A DNA stretch of 63,863 bases, counting the filler, from Vicugna vicugna (lineage: Eukaryota): NCBI GenBank assembly GCA_013265495.1. It is 75 parts of 74 records of this genome, joined end to end, with 100 filler letters (N's around TTAATTAATTAA, not from the genome) between each part and the next. Parts side by side here need not be neighbours in the genome. Positions count along the whole stretch, not along the records: positions 49,926 to 51,014 come from MU061171.1; positions 51,115 to 52,205 come from MU061172.1; positions 52,306 to 53,101 come from PNXW01017891.1; positions 53,202 to 53,997 come from MU061174.1; positions 54,098 to 54,579 come from MU061175.1; positions 54,680 to 55,459 come from MU061176.1; positions 55,560 to 56,327 come from PNXW01017899.1; positions 56,428 to 57,220 come from PNXW01017900.1; 67 more parts are not named here. The stretch is one strand, 5' to 3'. The notes below the pieces were generated by a model that was not told where the DNA came from, made no database searches, and was given only the letters and a program-made list of their open reading frames with translations. Both the position numbers and the translations under genes were made by a program. Positions 49,926 through 63,000 of the stretch are shown here, one piece after another. How positions within the stretch are numbered: the stretch's first letter is position 1; each line of letters opens with the position of its first letter.

Positions 49926-51014
49926 AGAATTTAGAATATAAAATGAAGGACACCCAATTTAGAATATGGAATACGGAATGCAGAATATTAAATGCAGAAT
50001 ATAGAATGTTGAACACAGAATACAGAATATAGAATAGAGTATATAGAACCCAAAATTTAGAACATGGAATGCAGAACACAGAATTAGAATATAGAATACA
50101 GAATACTGAACATAGAATTTAGAATATAGAATGTAGAATACAGAATATAGACTATGGAATGCAGAATATAGAAACCAAAATTTATAATATAGAATACAGA
50201 ATACTGAATACAGAATATAGAATATAGAACGTAGAACACAAAATATATAATATAGAATACGGAATGCAGGTATAGAATACAAACTATAGAATGTAGAACA
50301 TAGAATTTAGAATATGGAAACCAGAATACAAACACTGAATTTAGAACTTGGAATTCAGAACACAGAATTTAGAATATAGAATACAGAATAATGAATATAG
50401 AATTTAGAACATAGAATGCAGAACACAGAATATAGAATGTAGAATACAGAATACTGAATATCGAATTTAGAATATAGAATGTAGAACACAGAATATAGAA
50501 TACAGGATAAGGAATGTAGAATATAGAACACAGAATATACAATGTAGAACACAGAATATAGTATATAGAATACAGAAAGCAGAATTCAGAATTTAGAAAA
50601 TGGAATTCAGAACACAGAATATANNNNNNNNNNNNNNNNNNNNNNNNNNNNNNNNNNNNNNNNNNNNNNNNNNNNNNNNNNNNNNNNNNNNNNNNNNNNN
50701 NNNNNNNNNNNNNNNNNNNNNNNNNNNNNNNNNNNNNNNNNNNNNNNNNNNNNNNNNNNNNNNNNNNNNNNNNNNNNNNNNNNNNNNNNNNNNNNNNNNN
50801 NNNNNNNNNNNNNNNNNNNNNNNNNNNNNNNNNNNNNNNNNNNNNNNTTTAGAACATAGAATGCGGAACACAGCAATTAGAATATAGAATACAGAATACT
50901 GAATATAGAATTTAGAACATGGAAAGCAGAACTCAGAAATTAGAATATAGAATACATAATTCTGAATACAGATTTTAGAACATGGAATGCAGAACACAGA
51001 ATTTGGAATATAAA
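49926..51014 (-). repeat. Satellite D
   Basis: TAGAATA variants. Confidence 0.95.
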
Positions 51015-51114
51015 NNNNNNNNNNNNNNNNNNNNNNNNNNNNNNNNNNNNNNNNNNNNTTAATTAATTAANNNNNNNNNNNNNNNNNNNNNNNNNNNNNN
51101 NNNNNNNNNNNNNN

Positions 51115-52205
51115 TAGGCCAGTGTGTTGTTGAAAGTGGGATTTGGGCTCTAAAACTAATTATCAGTGTGTGCCTCTCCATGGGTTGTGGAGATGTTTAA
51201 ACTACCACCCACAACGTGGGAATTACTGTGACCCCTGAAACATGCGTGTTCTTTGTTTCCCCACCTCCAGCACACACACGATATCTGGCTCAGATATTTT
51301 GAGTGTGGGGGGTTTCCTCCAAATAACAGCAGTGCCTGGGTTCTAATACAATACATTTACTTGTCTTCAATGATGGCTTGCCAAGGGCGGTGTGCGGTGG
51401 AAATTGGGGGNNNNNNNNNNNNNNNNNNNNNNNNNNNNNNNNNNNNNNNNNNNNNNNNNNNNNNNNNNNNNNNNNNNNNNNNNNNNNNNNNNNNNNNNNN
51501 NNNNNNNNNNNNNNNNNNNNNNNNNNNNNNNNNNNNNNNNNNNNNNNNNNNNNNNNNNNNNNNNNNNNNNNNNNNNNNNNNNNNNNNNNNNNNNNNNNNN
51601 NNNNNNNNNNNNNNNNNNNNNNNNNNNNNNNNNNNNNNNNNNNNNNNNNNNNNNNNNNNNNNNNNNNNNNNNNNNGCTCTAAAGCCAAGTAATAGCGAGT
51701 GCCTCTCTATGGACAGTGGAGGTTTTTAAAGTACATTCCCTCCCTGGGAACACCTGTGCCCCCATAAAGTAGCGTGGACTATGTATCTCCAACAACAGCA
51801 CACACAAAAAGAATTGTTCAGGTATCCTGTGTGTGGGGAGTCTCCTCCAACTGACAGAATTTCCTGGGTTCTAATAGAATCCCTTAGCTTGTCTTACCTG
51901 ATGGCATGCCTAGGCTGGAGAGTGGGGGAAAGAGGGGGTTGGGTTTGAAGTCCAAGTAGCAACGACTGCCCCCCGAATTACTGAGGAAGTACTTAGAGGA
52001 TTTCACGCTAATGTGGAACACCTGTGCCCCCATTCATCTGTGTGGACTGGGTATCCACACCTCCCCCACACACAAGGCTGGGATCCGGAATCCTGAGTGT
52101 GTGGAAGTTCCTCCAACTGACAGCAGCGCCTGCGTTCTAATAGAATAACTCAGCTTGACATCCCTAAGTTTTTTCCAAGACCTAGCAGTGAGCGTTGGTG
52201 GGGAA
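51115..52205 (-). repeat. Satellite C2 HOR
   Basis: 51676-52205 is the colinear reverse complement of ~35865-36397. Confidence 0.95.
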
Positions 52206-52305
52206 NNNNNNNNNNNNNNNNNNNNNNNNNNNNNNNNNNNNNNNNNNNNTTAATTAATTAANNNNNNNNNNNNNNNNNNNNNNNNNNNNNNNNNNNNNNN
52301 NNNNN

Positions 52306-52452
52306 GGCCTTCCCAAGCCATTCAGACCAAAATTCAACAAGCCCAGGTAAAACTTTTCCCAGGTTTGTGCTTAGCTAGCAAGCACTTGCACTTCCATCCC
52401 CTCCACTCAGGCATCCATTCTGAAGGATCAGTACCTGAGCTGCAATGAAGCC
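52306..52452. repeat. Unidentified multicopy sequence, paralogue (inverted) of 63670-63820
   Basis: ggatcagtacctgagctgcaatgaagcca shared exactly; ttttcccaggtttg shared. Confidence 0.85.
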
Positions 52453-53201
52453 ATTACGAGAAGAGCAAGCCCCTCCTAGAATCATAGTTCGTCCAGCTTC
52501 ACACTCTGTGAACAACAGTGAAATCCTTAAAGGTCAATTTGTCCCGGCTGAAATAGATAGGATATGAATACTTAGCTCACACGTAGAAACGATGGCCTTC
52601 CGCTAGATTCAGCAAATGTTGTGTTTATGTCTTCCCTGGGGTGAAGGGAGTGTGGTAAGTGAGGGGAATAACTGAACTTGAATCTGTATTAGGCCTCAGT
52701 TTTTCAAGACAGTATAGGTAAATAGTACAAGTCAGAAAGAGAACTGTACTGTTAAAGTCGCCAATGACATTAAACACACAGCTTATGTGGATCGTCTTTC
52801 ACTTGAGTCAAGCCCCCGTGGGCACTATATCATGCGGGTGCAGACTTGGTTGCGTTAAATGGCTTTACAAAACATGATCGGATGATTAAGCATTCTCATC
52901 ACTGATAGAAGAACACCTGGTTCTCCATAGACTAGCATAACTGCAGCAGGGTTCTCCTAGCTATAATGCATCTAGGTGCTTTTGGATTCAAACCTAAATG
53001 TATATATTTGGTTTCTTTCCTCTTGTATATTCCTAGAGAGGGATGTTACCCCTTTTAATGCCAATATTGGCCAGTAGGTGTCATTGGGAATAAAGGGCAC
53101 CNNNNNNNNNNNNNNNNNNNNNNNNNNNNNNNNNNNNNNNNNNNNTTAATTAATTAANNNNNNNNNNNNNNNNNNNNNNNNNNNNNNNNNNNNNNNNNNN
53201 N

Positions 53202-53997
53202 CTCTGTCACTGGGATATCCTGCAAACCCCCCTAGCATTTCCTGTTCCAGAGACATTAGGAAACCCCTCTGGGGAGACGAGCTCAGGCTTTCCGTTAGGA
53301 CCCACGCGCTACCGACCTTTGGTGGAACCTCCCCACGCTCAGGATTCCGGAACCATTTTCAGTGCGTGGGGGAGCTCGAGAGACAACTCCACGCAGCTCT
53401 CTTCAGTCACAGGTGTTCCCAGTTCGGGGAAGTCCGAGAAATACCTTCCCTGACCTTGGGGAGNNNNNNNNNNNNNNNNNNNNNNNNNNNNNNNNNNNNN
53501 NNNNNNNNNNNNNNNNNNNNNNNNNNNNNNNNNNNNNNNNNNNNNNNNNNNNNNNNNNNNNNNNNNNNNNNNNNNNNNNNNNNNNNNNNNNNNNNNNNNN
53601 NNNNNNNNNNNNNNNNNNNNNNNNNNNNNNNNNNNNNNNNNNNNNNNNNNNNNNNNNNNNNNNNNNNNNNNNNNNNNNNNNNNNNNNNNNNNNNNNNNNN
53701 NNNNNNNNNNNNNNNNNNNNNNNNNNNNNNNNNNNNNNNNNNNNNNNNNNNNNNNNNNNNNNNNNNNNNNNNNNNNNNNNNNNNNNNNNNNNNNNNNNNN
53801 NNNNNNNNNNNNCTTTCCGTTAGAACTCACGCGCTGCCGACCGTTGGTGGAACCTCCCCACGCTCAGGATTCCGGAACCATTGTCAGTGCGTGGGGGAGC
53901 TCGAGAGACAACTCCACGCAGATGTCTTCAGTCACAGGTGTTCCCTGTTCTAGGAAGTCCGAAAAATATCTTCCCTGACCTTGGGGAGGCAGCCTCT
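53202..53997 (+). repeat. Satellite C1
   Basis: ggtggaacctccccacgctcaggattccggaacc..gagctcgagagacaactccacgcag. Confidence 0.95.
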
Positions 53998-54097
53998 NNN
54001 NNNNNNNNNNNNNNNNNNNNNNNNNNNNNNNNNNNNNNNNNTTAATTAATTAANNNNNNNNNNNNNNNNNNNNNNNNNNNNNNNNNNNNNNNNNNNN

Positions 54098-54579
54098 TTC
54101 ACAAGATTTCCCTGAGTTGACAACATGCGCATGACTCATTTTAGAACAACCAAACAATTTACTTATGCACTTTGAAATATTTGCTTTGACTTCATACCTT
54201 CTCACTGTCACCTGTTTCACGAATCACACTTTGTTCCCAGAAAAACACTCTTGCAGCGAATTCGACCCTAGAGATTTGTAATTTGAATAGATTCCATCAA
54301 CATGATATTCCGTGATCAGTAAAAGCTACATGCATGACGGAATCAACAAACANNNNNNNNNNNNNNNNNNNNNNNNNNNNNNNNNNNNNNNNNNNNNNNN
54401 NNNNNNNNNNNNNNNNNNNNNNNNNNNNNNNNNNNNNNNNNCAAAAGCTTTACACCAGTTTGGAATTCGTGCATTTTTTACAGAAAAATAATTATGGAGC
54501 GATTTCCACCTAACTGATATGTAATTTACATGACTTCCATCAACATTTCATTCCGGGATCCGTACCTGCTGCATGCATG
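54098..54579 (-). repeat. Satellite A
   Basis: Reverse complement of satellite A monomers. Confidence 0.9.
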
Positions 54580-54679
54580 NNNNNNNNNNNNNNNNNNNNN
54601 NNNNNNNNNNNNNNNNNNNNNNNTTAATTAATTAANNNNNNNNNNNNNNNNNNNNNNNNNNNNNNNNNNNNNNNNNNNN

Positions 54680-55459
54680 GCCTCTGTCACTGGGATATCC
54701 TGCAAACCCCCTATCATTCCCTGGTACAGAGACATTAGGAAAAAACTCAGGGGAGGCGAGCATAGTCATTCCATTATAATCTACGCGCTGCCGACCGTTG
54801 GTGGAACCTCCCCACGGTCAGGATTCCGGAAACATTGTCAGTGCATGGGGGAGCTCGAGAGACAACTCCACGCAGCTCTCTTCATTAACAGGTGTTCCCT
54901 GTTAGGGAAGTCCGAGAAATACCTTCCCTGTAATTGGCGAGGCAGCCTCTGTCACTGGGATATCCTGCAAACGCCCCTAGCATTCCCTGGCAGAGAGNNN
55001 NNNNNNNNNNNNNNNNNNNNNNNNNNNNNNNNNNNNNNNNNNNNNNNNNNNNNNNNNNNNNNNNNNNNNNNNNNNNNNNNNNNNNNNNNNNNNNNNNNNN
55101 NNNNNNNNNNNNNNNNNNNNNNNNNNNNNNNNNNNNNNNNNNNNNNNNNNNNNNNNNNNNNNNNNNNNNNNNNNNNNNNNNNNNNNNNNNNNNNNNNNNN
55201 NNNNNNNNNNNNNNNNNNNNNNNNNNNNNNNNNNNNNNNNNNNNNNNNNNNNNNNNNNNNNNNNNNNNNNNNNNNNNNNNNNNNNNNNNNNNNNNNNNNN
55301 NNNNNNNNNNNNNNNNNNNNNNNNNNNNNNNNNNNNNNNCACTCTCAGGATTCCGGAACCATTGTCAGTGCGTGGTGGAGCTCGAGAGACAACTCCACGC
55401 AGTTCCCTTCATTTACAAGTGTTCCCTGTACGGGGAAGTCCGAGAAGTACCTTCCCTGA
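54680..55459 (+). repeat. Satellite C1
   Basis: gcctctgtcactgggatatcc at 54680 and 54945 (265 bp). Confidence 0.95.
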
Positions 55460-56427
55460 NNNNNNNNNNNNNNNNNNNNNNNNNNNNNNNNNNNNNNNNN
55501 NNNTTAATTAATTAANNNNNNNNNNNNNNNNNNNNNNNNNNNNNNNNNNNNNNNNNNNNCCTCATGCCTCAGCACAGGACACCCAACATCCTGAAATTGT
55601 CCCCGTCACCTCTCAGCCAGGCCAGTTCCACTCTGAGCGGGCCCCACACCCCTCAACCTGTACCCCCTCACCATGGGATCCCCTTCACTCTGAGTGCACC
55701 CCTACCCTGAGCTGACTCCCTCACCCCTCACCCTGTGGTTGGGGTGGGGAAATCCCGGCTCCAGAATGATGACTACTGCCACCAGTGGGGGAACAAGCAG
55801 CACCTTCATAGTTAATGTCTGAGGCTACAGGGCGAGGCAGGTTGAGATGAAGGCGGTTCGAATTCCCGACCTGGAACCCTGATCCCCGCACCCTGTGCCT
55901 CAACTTACCCGATGGGTCAAGGTGATCCCAGGCTGCCAGCCACGGGCCTGTGGGCCTTGGGTTGTTGATGGTCCTGATGGTGATCTGGACCCCTAGGGCG
56001 GAGGCACTGGGCATGCGGACCTTTGGGGTGGGCGAGTTCAGAGGGTGCACTTGAGCCCAGGGGTAGACAGCATATGGTGGGCTGTGTGCATGGGGCTGTG
56101 TGCGTGGCCTGGGCTCAGCCCAGGTGGGTGCAGGGATCTTGTTCATTCACACCAGTCCAGAGGGTAGAGGGACGGGAGCTTTTAAAGTGTCAAAGTTAAG
56201 AAGCCAAGGCTGGAGAGCAAAATAGGAAGGTGCACTGGCCAGGCCACCATGGATCCCGCCGCAAAGCGGGATTTGTTTGTTGTTGATTTGTTGCAGGTTT
56301 TACAGGAACACCATGATCTGACCCACCNNNNNNNNNNNNNNNNNNNNNNNNNNNNNNNNNNNNNNNNNNNNTTAATTAATTAANNNNNNNNNNNNNNNNN
56401 NNNNNNNNNNNNNNNNNNNNNNNNNNN

Positions 56428-57220
56428 TTCCGTGTTCTATGTTCTGGTTTCTATATTCACTATTCTATATTCTATATTTTTATTTTTTATTCTGTATTCT
56501 ACATACTGTATTCTGCATTTCCTTTTCTATATTTTATATTCTGTGTTCTACATTCTATATTCTAAAATATTTATTCTCTATTCTGTATTCTATATCCTAA
56601 ATTCTGTGTTCTGCCTTCCGTGTTCTATGTTCTGGTTTCTATATTCACTATTCTATATTCTATATTTTGTGTTCTTCATTCATTATTCTACCTTCTATAT
56701 TCTGCATTCAGTAGTCTATAATCTATATTCTGTGTTATTCAATATATATTCTCAAAGCTATATTCCGTATTCTTTATTCAATTTTCTATATTCTGCGTTC
56801 TGCATTCCTGTTTATAAATTCTATATACAGTATTCTGCATTCTATATTCTTAATTCTGCGTACCTCATTCTATGTTCTAAATTCTATATTCAGTATTCTG
56901 TATACTATATTCTAAATTCTGTGTTCTGAATTCCATGTTCTAAATTCTGGGTTATGTATTCTGTTTTCCATATTCTATATTCTGTATTCTACATTCTATA
57001 TTCTGTATTCTATATTCTGCTTTCCGTATTCTACATTCCATATTCTGTGTTCTACATTCTATATTCTAAATATTCGATATTCAGTATTCTGTATTTTTTA
57101 TTCTAAATTCTGTGTTCTAAATTGCATGTTCTAAATTCTGGGTTCTATAGTTTCTATTTTATATTCTATATTTTCTGTTCATCATTCTATATTCTATATT
57201 TTATATTCTCTATTCTGCAT
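56428..57220 (+). repeat. Satellite D
   Basis: 7-bp periodic TATTCTA variants. Confidence 0.95.
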
Positions 57221-57320
57221 NNNNNNNNNNNNNNNNNNNNNNNNNNNNNNNNNNNNNNNNNNNNTTAATTAATTAANNNNNNNNNNNNNNNNNNNNNNNN
57301 NNNNNNNNNNNNNNNNNNNN

Positions 57321-57748
57321 TCATGCATGTAGCATGTACGGAACACGGAATTCTATGTAGATGGACTCTATTAAATTACATATCTCTCGGTTAGAATTCG
57401 CTCCTAGAGGGTTTTCCTGGGATCAAAGTGTGATTCTTGAAAATGGTGACAGGGAGAAGCAATGAAGTCTAAGTAAATATTTCAAAGAGAATAAGTACCC
57501 TGTTATGGCTGAAACAGCTGTCATGCGCATGTTCACAACTCAGAAATGCATGTTTAAGGAATCCGTGTTGCATGAAACATGTTCAGTATACATATACGGA
57601 ATTCCATGGTTATGTAAACAAATTAAATTATATGTGTATTGGTGGGAATATGCTCAAAGAGTGTTTTCTTTTGCCAAATGTAAGATTTTAGAACCTGGTG
57701 ATTGAAAAAACCTTTGAAGACATAGTGCATATTTCTAAGTGAATATAT
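57321..57748 (+). repeat. Satellite A
   Basis: tcatgcatgtagcatgtacggaacacggaa..gaattcgctcc..gggatcaaagtgtgattcttgaa. Confidence 0.93.
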
Positions 57749-57848
57749 NNNNNNNNNNNNNNNNNNNNNNNNNNNNNNNNNNNNNNNNNNNNTTAATTAA
57801 TTAANNNNNNNNNNNNNNNNNNNNNNNNNNNNNNNNNNNNNNNNNNNN

Positions 57849-58325
57849 CCCCATTTCACTCTGGGTAAAAGCCACAGTCCTTACAACGTCCTCTAAGGCC
57901 ATACAGGACCTGCACTGACCCTTCTCCACAGCTCTAGCCATACCCCCGTTCAGGAACATGCGAGGTGCGCGCTGCCCTTGGTGATGGTTATTCCGTCCAC
58001 CTGGGACTTCTCACCTCCTAGTCTTAGTTCTAACCTCAGTCCTCAGTGTGGCCTGCTCTGGTATTTAATACAACATCACCCTCATCCCATANNNNNNNNN
58101 NNNNNNNNNNNNNNNNNNNNNNNNNNNNNNNNNNNNNNNNNNNNNNNNNNNNNNNNNNNNNNNNNNNNNNNNNNNNNNNNNNNNNNNNNNNNNNNNNNNN
58201 NNNNNNNNNNNNNNNNNNNNNNNNNNNNNNNNNNNNNNNNNNNNNNNNNNNNNNNNNNNNNNNNNNTGCCTAGACTATTCCTGGGTACATAGTAGGCAGT
58301 CAAAAATTATTTGCTGAATAAATTA
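57849..58325 (+). mobile_element. L2 3' end
   Basis: tgcctag..cctgg.tacatagtaggcagtcaa..atttgctgaataaat terminus. Confidence 0.8.
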
Positions 58326-58489
58326 AAAGACTATTTTAAAAATGAATCATCCTTTCAGGAACGGGTGAGGAAAGGAAGTTGCATGAAGGAAAATGGTGTA
58401 GTAAATAATGATATTTGCCTGTTGTTCTTTGTGTGATATATATATATATGTGTGTTTTAGTCTTAATTTGGTATCCCAGTTTCTTAATT

Positions 58490-58640
58490 TAATAGCTGTA
58501 TTAAGGTGTAATTTACAGGCCATAAAATTCACACATTATAATTGTACAAGTCAGCCATTTTAGCTATATCTTGAGTTGTGCAACTCTAACCTCAAAAATT
58601 CCCCTTTTGTCCGTCCATATACAGTTCGCCCTCCCCTCAG
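58490..58640 (-). mobile_element. L1M 3' tail
   Basis: agctgtattaaggtgtaatttaca..ccataaaattcac..gagttgtgcaac. Confidence 0.7.
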
Positions 58641-58780
58641 TGGAACCCTGATTTTATTTGTTTTTGGTTTTTGGCAATAANNNNNNNNNNNNNNNNNNNN
58701 NNNNNNNNNNNNNNNNNNNNNNNNTTAATTAATTAANNNNNNNNNNNNNNNNNNNNNNNNNNNNNNNNNNNNNNNNNNNN

Positions 58781-59604
58781 AACACAGAATATAGAATAGA
58801 GAATAGAGAATAGACAAAACAGAATTTTGAACATGGAATGCTGAACTCAGAATTTAAAATATAGAATAGAGAATACTGAATACAGAATTTAGAATATAGA
58901 ATGTAGGACACAGAATATAGAATATGGAAAACAGAATACAGAATCCAAAATTTAGAACATGGAATGTAGAACACAGAACTTAGAGAATAGTATAAGGAAT
59001 ACTGAATATAGAATTTAGATTATAGAATGTACAACACAGAATATAGAATATAGATCACGGAATGCAGAATATTATACAGAATATAGAATATAGATCACGG
59101 AATGCAGAATATTATACAGAATATAGAATGTAGAACACAGAATTTTGAATATAGAATAGAAAATATAGAATCCAGAATTTAGAATATGGAATGCAGACAC
59201 TGAATTTAGAATACAGAATATAGAATACTGAAAATAGAATATTCAACATGGAATTCAGAACATGGAATTCAGTGTATAGAAAATAGAATACTGAATATAG
59301 AGTTTAGAATTTAGAATTATAACTCAGAATTTAGAATATAGAATTCGGAATGCAAAATATAGTATTTAGAGTAAAAAATGAAGAATAAACAATATAGAAT
59401 ATAGAATAGAAAATAAGAATATAGAAAAGAAAATTGAGAACACAGAATTTAGAACATGGAATGCTGAACACAGAATTTAGAATATAGAATACAGAATACT
59501 GAATATAGAATTTAAAATATAGAATGCAGAACACAAAATTTAGAATATAGAATGCAGATTAATGAATATAGAATTTAGAACATAGAAAGCAGAACACAGA
59601 ATTT
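58781..59604 (-). repeat. Satellite D with an exact 40-bp duplication (~59041-59120)
   Basis: TAGAATA variants. Confidence 0.95.
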
Positions 59605-59704
59605 NNNNNNNNNNNNNNNNNNNNNNNNNNNNNNNNNNNNNNNNNNNNTTAATTAATTAANNNNNNNNNNNNNNNNNNNNNNNNNNNNNNNNNNNNNNNN
59701 NNNN

Positions 59705-60495
59705 AGACCTTTCACCCTCCGAACAAGGCATATGTAGACTTAGAAATATTTACACTGAATTCATAGGTTTTTCCTATCACCAGGTTCTTAAATCGGACAT
59801 TTGGCACCAGAAAACACTCTTTGAGCGAATTCTCACCAATACACATGTAATTTACATTGTTTACATAACCATGGAATTCCGTATTACGAGCATGTTTCAA
59901 TTTCATGCATCACGGATTCCACAAACATGCATTTCTGAGTTGTGAACATGCGCATGACTGATGTTTCAACCACCAAACAAGTTACCTATGCACTATGAAA
60001 TATTTATTTTGACTTTGTAGCTTCTGCCTATCACCAGGTTCAAGAATCACACTTTGATCCCAGAAAAACCCTCTTGGAGCGAATACTTCCCTAGAGATAT
60101 GTAATTTGAATAGATTCCATCTACATGATATTCCGTGTTCCGTACATGCTACATATATGATGGATTCGACAAATATACATTCCTGAGTTGAGGTCATCTG
60201 GATTACTAATCTTTCCTCCTCTATAAAAGTAATATTTTCATCTAGACACGTGTACACATTTTCACAAGCTTTCCCTAAATCCAGGTTCGCATTCGTGCAT
60301 TTTTCACAGAAAAATAGTTCTGGAGCGATTTCCACCAAATAGGTATGTAATTTTAATGAATTCCATCAACATGGCATTCCAGTTTCCGTACATGCTACAT
60401 GCATGACGGATTCGGAAATCATACATTTCTGACTTCTGAGCATGTTTTTTCTGACCTTTCATATACCAAACAATGCGTATATACACTTAGAATTA
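59705..60495 (-). repeat. Satellite A, full trimer
   Basis: acctttca at 59707 and 60454; very similar to 1165-1634 and 2358-3078. Confidence 0.95.
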
Positions 60496-60595
60496 NNNNN
60501 NNNNNNNNNNNNNNNNNNNNNNNNNNNNNNNNNNNNNNNTTAATTAATTAANNNNNNNNNNNNNNNNNNNNNNNNNNNNNNNNNNNNNNNNNNNN

Positions 60596-61341
60596 CGCTC
60601 ACAGCCCGGCCTAGGTAAACACTCAAGGAAGTCAATCTAAGGGATTCTCTGAGAACCCAGGTGCTGCTGTCATTTGGAGGAAACTCCCCACATTCAGGAT
60701 AGAAGAACACGTCCTCGTTTGTGTGCTGGAAGTGGGGAATCAAAGTCCAGGCATCTTTTAGGTGGCACATGTATTCCGACGTTGCTGGTTTTAGGTACAA
60801 TTTCTCAAATTTCCATGTAGATGCATTGTCTTATACTTGGAATTAGAGCCGAAACCCCACATTCCCCTGCACTCCAGCATAGGCAAACCATCAGGGAAGG
60901 CAAGTTAAGGGATTCAAGTAGAACACAAGCGCTGCTGACTGTTGGAGGAACATCCCCACACACAGGATTCCGGAACCCAGCCTTGTGTGGCGGGGAGATG
61001 TGGAGTCTTAATCCAAGTAGATGAATGGGGTCACACTTGTTCCCCATTAGGGAGAAGTCCTCTAAATACTTCCACATTCCATCGGGGGGCAGTTGCTGCT
61101 ATTTGGCCTCCAAGCCAAACTCCCAGCTTTCCCTCTCAGCCCGGCCTAGGTAAACACTCAAGGAATACAATTTAAGGGATTCTATTAGAACCCAGGCGCT
61201 GCTGTCATTTGGAGGAGCTTTCCCACAATCAGGATACCTCAGTACATCTCCGTGTGTGTGCTGCAGGTGAGGAAACAGAGTCAACGCATCTTTATAGGGG
61301 CACTGGTGTTCCCAGGTTGGGGATTTAATTTAACCACCTCC
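60596..61341 (+). repeat. Satellite C2 HOR
   Basis: ~60995-61340 colinear with 35475-35822. Confidence 0.94.
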
Positions 61342-62124
61342 NNNNNNNNNNNNNNNNNNNNNNNNNNNNNNNNNNNNNNNNNNNNTTAATTAATTAANNN
61401 NNNNNNNNNNNNNNNNNNNNNNNNNNNNNNNNNNNNNNNNNAAGAGGCCTTATAGACCTTCAGAGCCCCTCCTCCCTGCTGGTTTTTCAAGGGAAATTAA
61501 GAGGGAAAGCCAGAGCGGTGGGCGGGGCTTTCAGATGCTGCCCCGCCCATCACAAGCCCCTCTCCTTTTTCAGTTTCCTTGGTTGGTCTTTCAGGGCTCA
61601 GTGCTCAGAGTCACCTGGGGGCAAATCCTCACTTCTNNNNNNNNNNNNNNNNNNNNNNNNNNNNNNNNNNNNNNNNNNNNNNNNNNNNNNNNNNNNNNNN
61701 NNNNNNNNNNNNNNNNNNNNNNNNNNNNNNNNNNNNNNNNNNNNNNNNNNNNNNNNNNNNNNNNNNNNNNNNNNNNNNNNNNNNNNNCAGTATGTTCTCT
61801 GTTGGAGCTGGACCCGTGCCCCCTCCCTCCAGCTGCTACCCCATCCCTCCTTCCCTTTAAAGCAAACACTGTCAGAGGCTTGTCTAGACTCTGCTCCAAC
61901 GGCTGTGATGGATTTATCTGTCTGTGAGAAGAGCATTCTTGGTGGAGCAAATAGCAAGTGCACAGGGATGTTCAGGGGATTCAAATAGTCCAGCTGCTGG
62001 GGTGGGTGGGAGGGCAGCAGGGGTNNNNNNNNNNNNNNNNNNNNNNNNNNNNNNNNNNNNNNNNNNNNTTAATTAATTAANNNNNNNNNNNNNNNNNNNN
62101 NNNNNNNNNNNNNNNNNNNNNNNN

Positions 62125-62900
62125 TCAGGGGAGACGAGCACAAGAAGTCCGTTAAAACTCACGCTCTGCCGAACGTTGGAGGAAAATCCCCACGCTCAGG
62201 ATTCCGGAAACATATTCATTGTTTGGGGGAGATCGAGAGAAAACTCCACGCAGCTCTCTTCAGTCACAGGTGTTCCCTGCTCGGGGAAGTCCGAGAAATA
62301 CCTTCCCTGACCAAGGGGAGGCAGCCTCTGACACTGGGATATCCTGCAAACCCCCCTAGCATTCNNNNNNNNNNNNNNNNNNNNNNNNNNNNNNNNNNNN
62401 NNNNNNNNNNNNNNNNNNNNNNNNNNNNNNNNNNNNNNNNNNNNNNNNNNNNNNNNNNNNNNNNNNNNNNNNNNNNNNNNNNNNNNNNNNGTCACAGGTG
62501 TTCACTGCTCGGGGAAGTCCGAGAAATATCTTCCCTTATCTTGGGGAGGCAGCCTCTGTCACTGGGATTTCCTGCAACACCCCCTAGCATTCCCTGGCAC
62601 AGAGTCATGAGGAAAAGCTTCAGGGGAGACGAGCACAAGAAGTCCGTTAAAACTCACGCTCTGCCGAACGTTGGAGGAAAATCCCCACGCTCAGGATTCC
62701 GGAAACATATTCATTGATTGGGGGAGATCGAGAGAAAACTCCACGCAGCTCTCTTCATTCACAGGTGTTCCCTGCTCGGGGAAGCCCGAGAAATACCTTC
62801 CCAGACATTGTGGATGCAGCCTTTGTCACTGGGTTTTCCTAAAAAACCCCTAGCTTTCCCTGACACAGAGACATGAGGAAAACACTCAGGGGAGACGAGC
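62125..62900 (+). repeat. Satellite C1
   Basis: acaggtg at 62494 and 62761 (267 bp); caggggagac at 62621 and 62887 (266 bp). Confidence 0.96.
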
Positions 62901-63000
62901 NNNNNNNNNNNNNNNNNNNNNNNNNNNNNNNNNNNNNNNNNNNNTTAATTAATTAANNNNNNNNNNNNNNNNNNNNNNNNNNNNNNNNNNNNNNNNNNNN

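Noticed and set aside
56252..56296. GC hairpin followed by a T-rich tract resembling a rho-independent terminator
   Set aside because: Mammalian context, bulged short stem, no bacterial genes nearby
56432..56929. Long hydrophobic (YILYSVF)n ORFs resembling membrane proteins
   Set aside because: The T-rich strand of the heptamer satellite rarely forms stop codons
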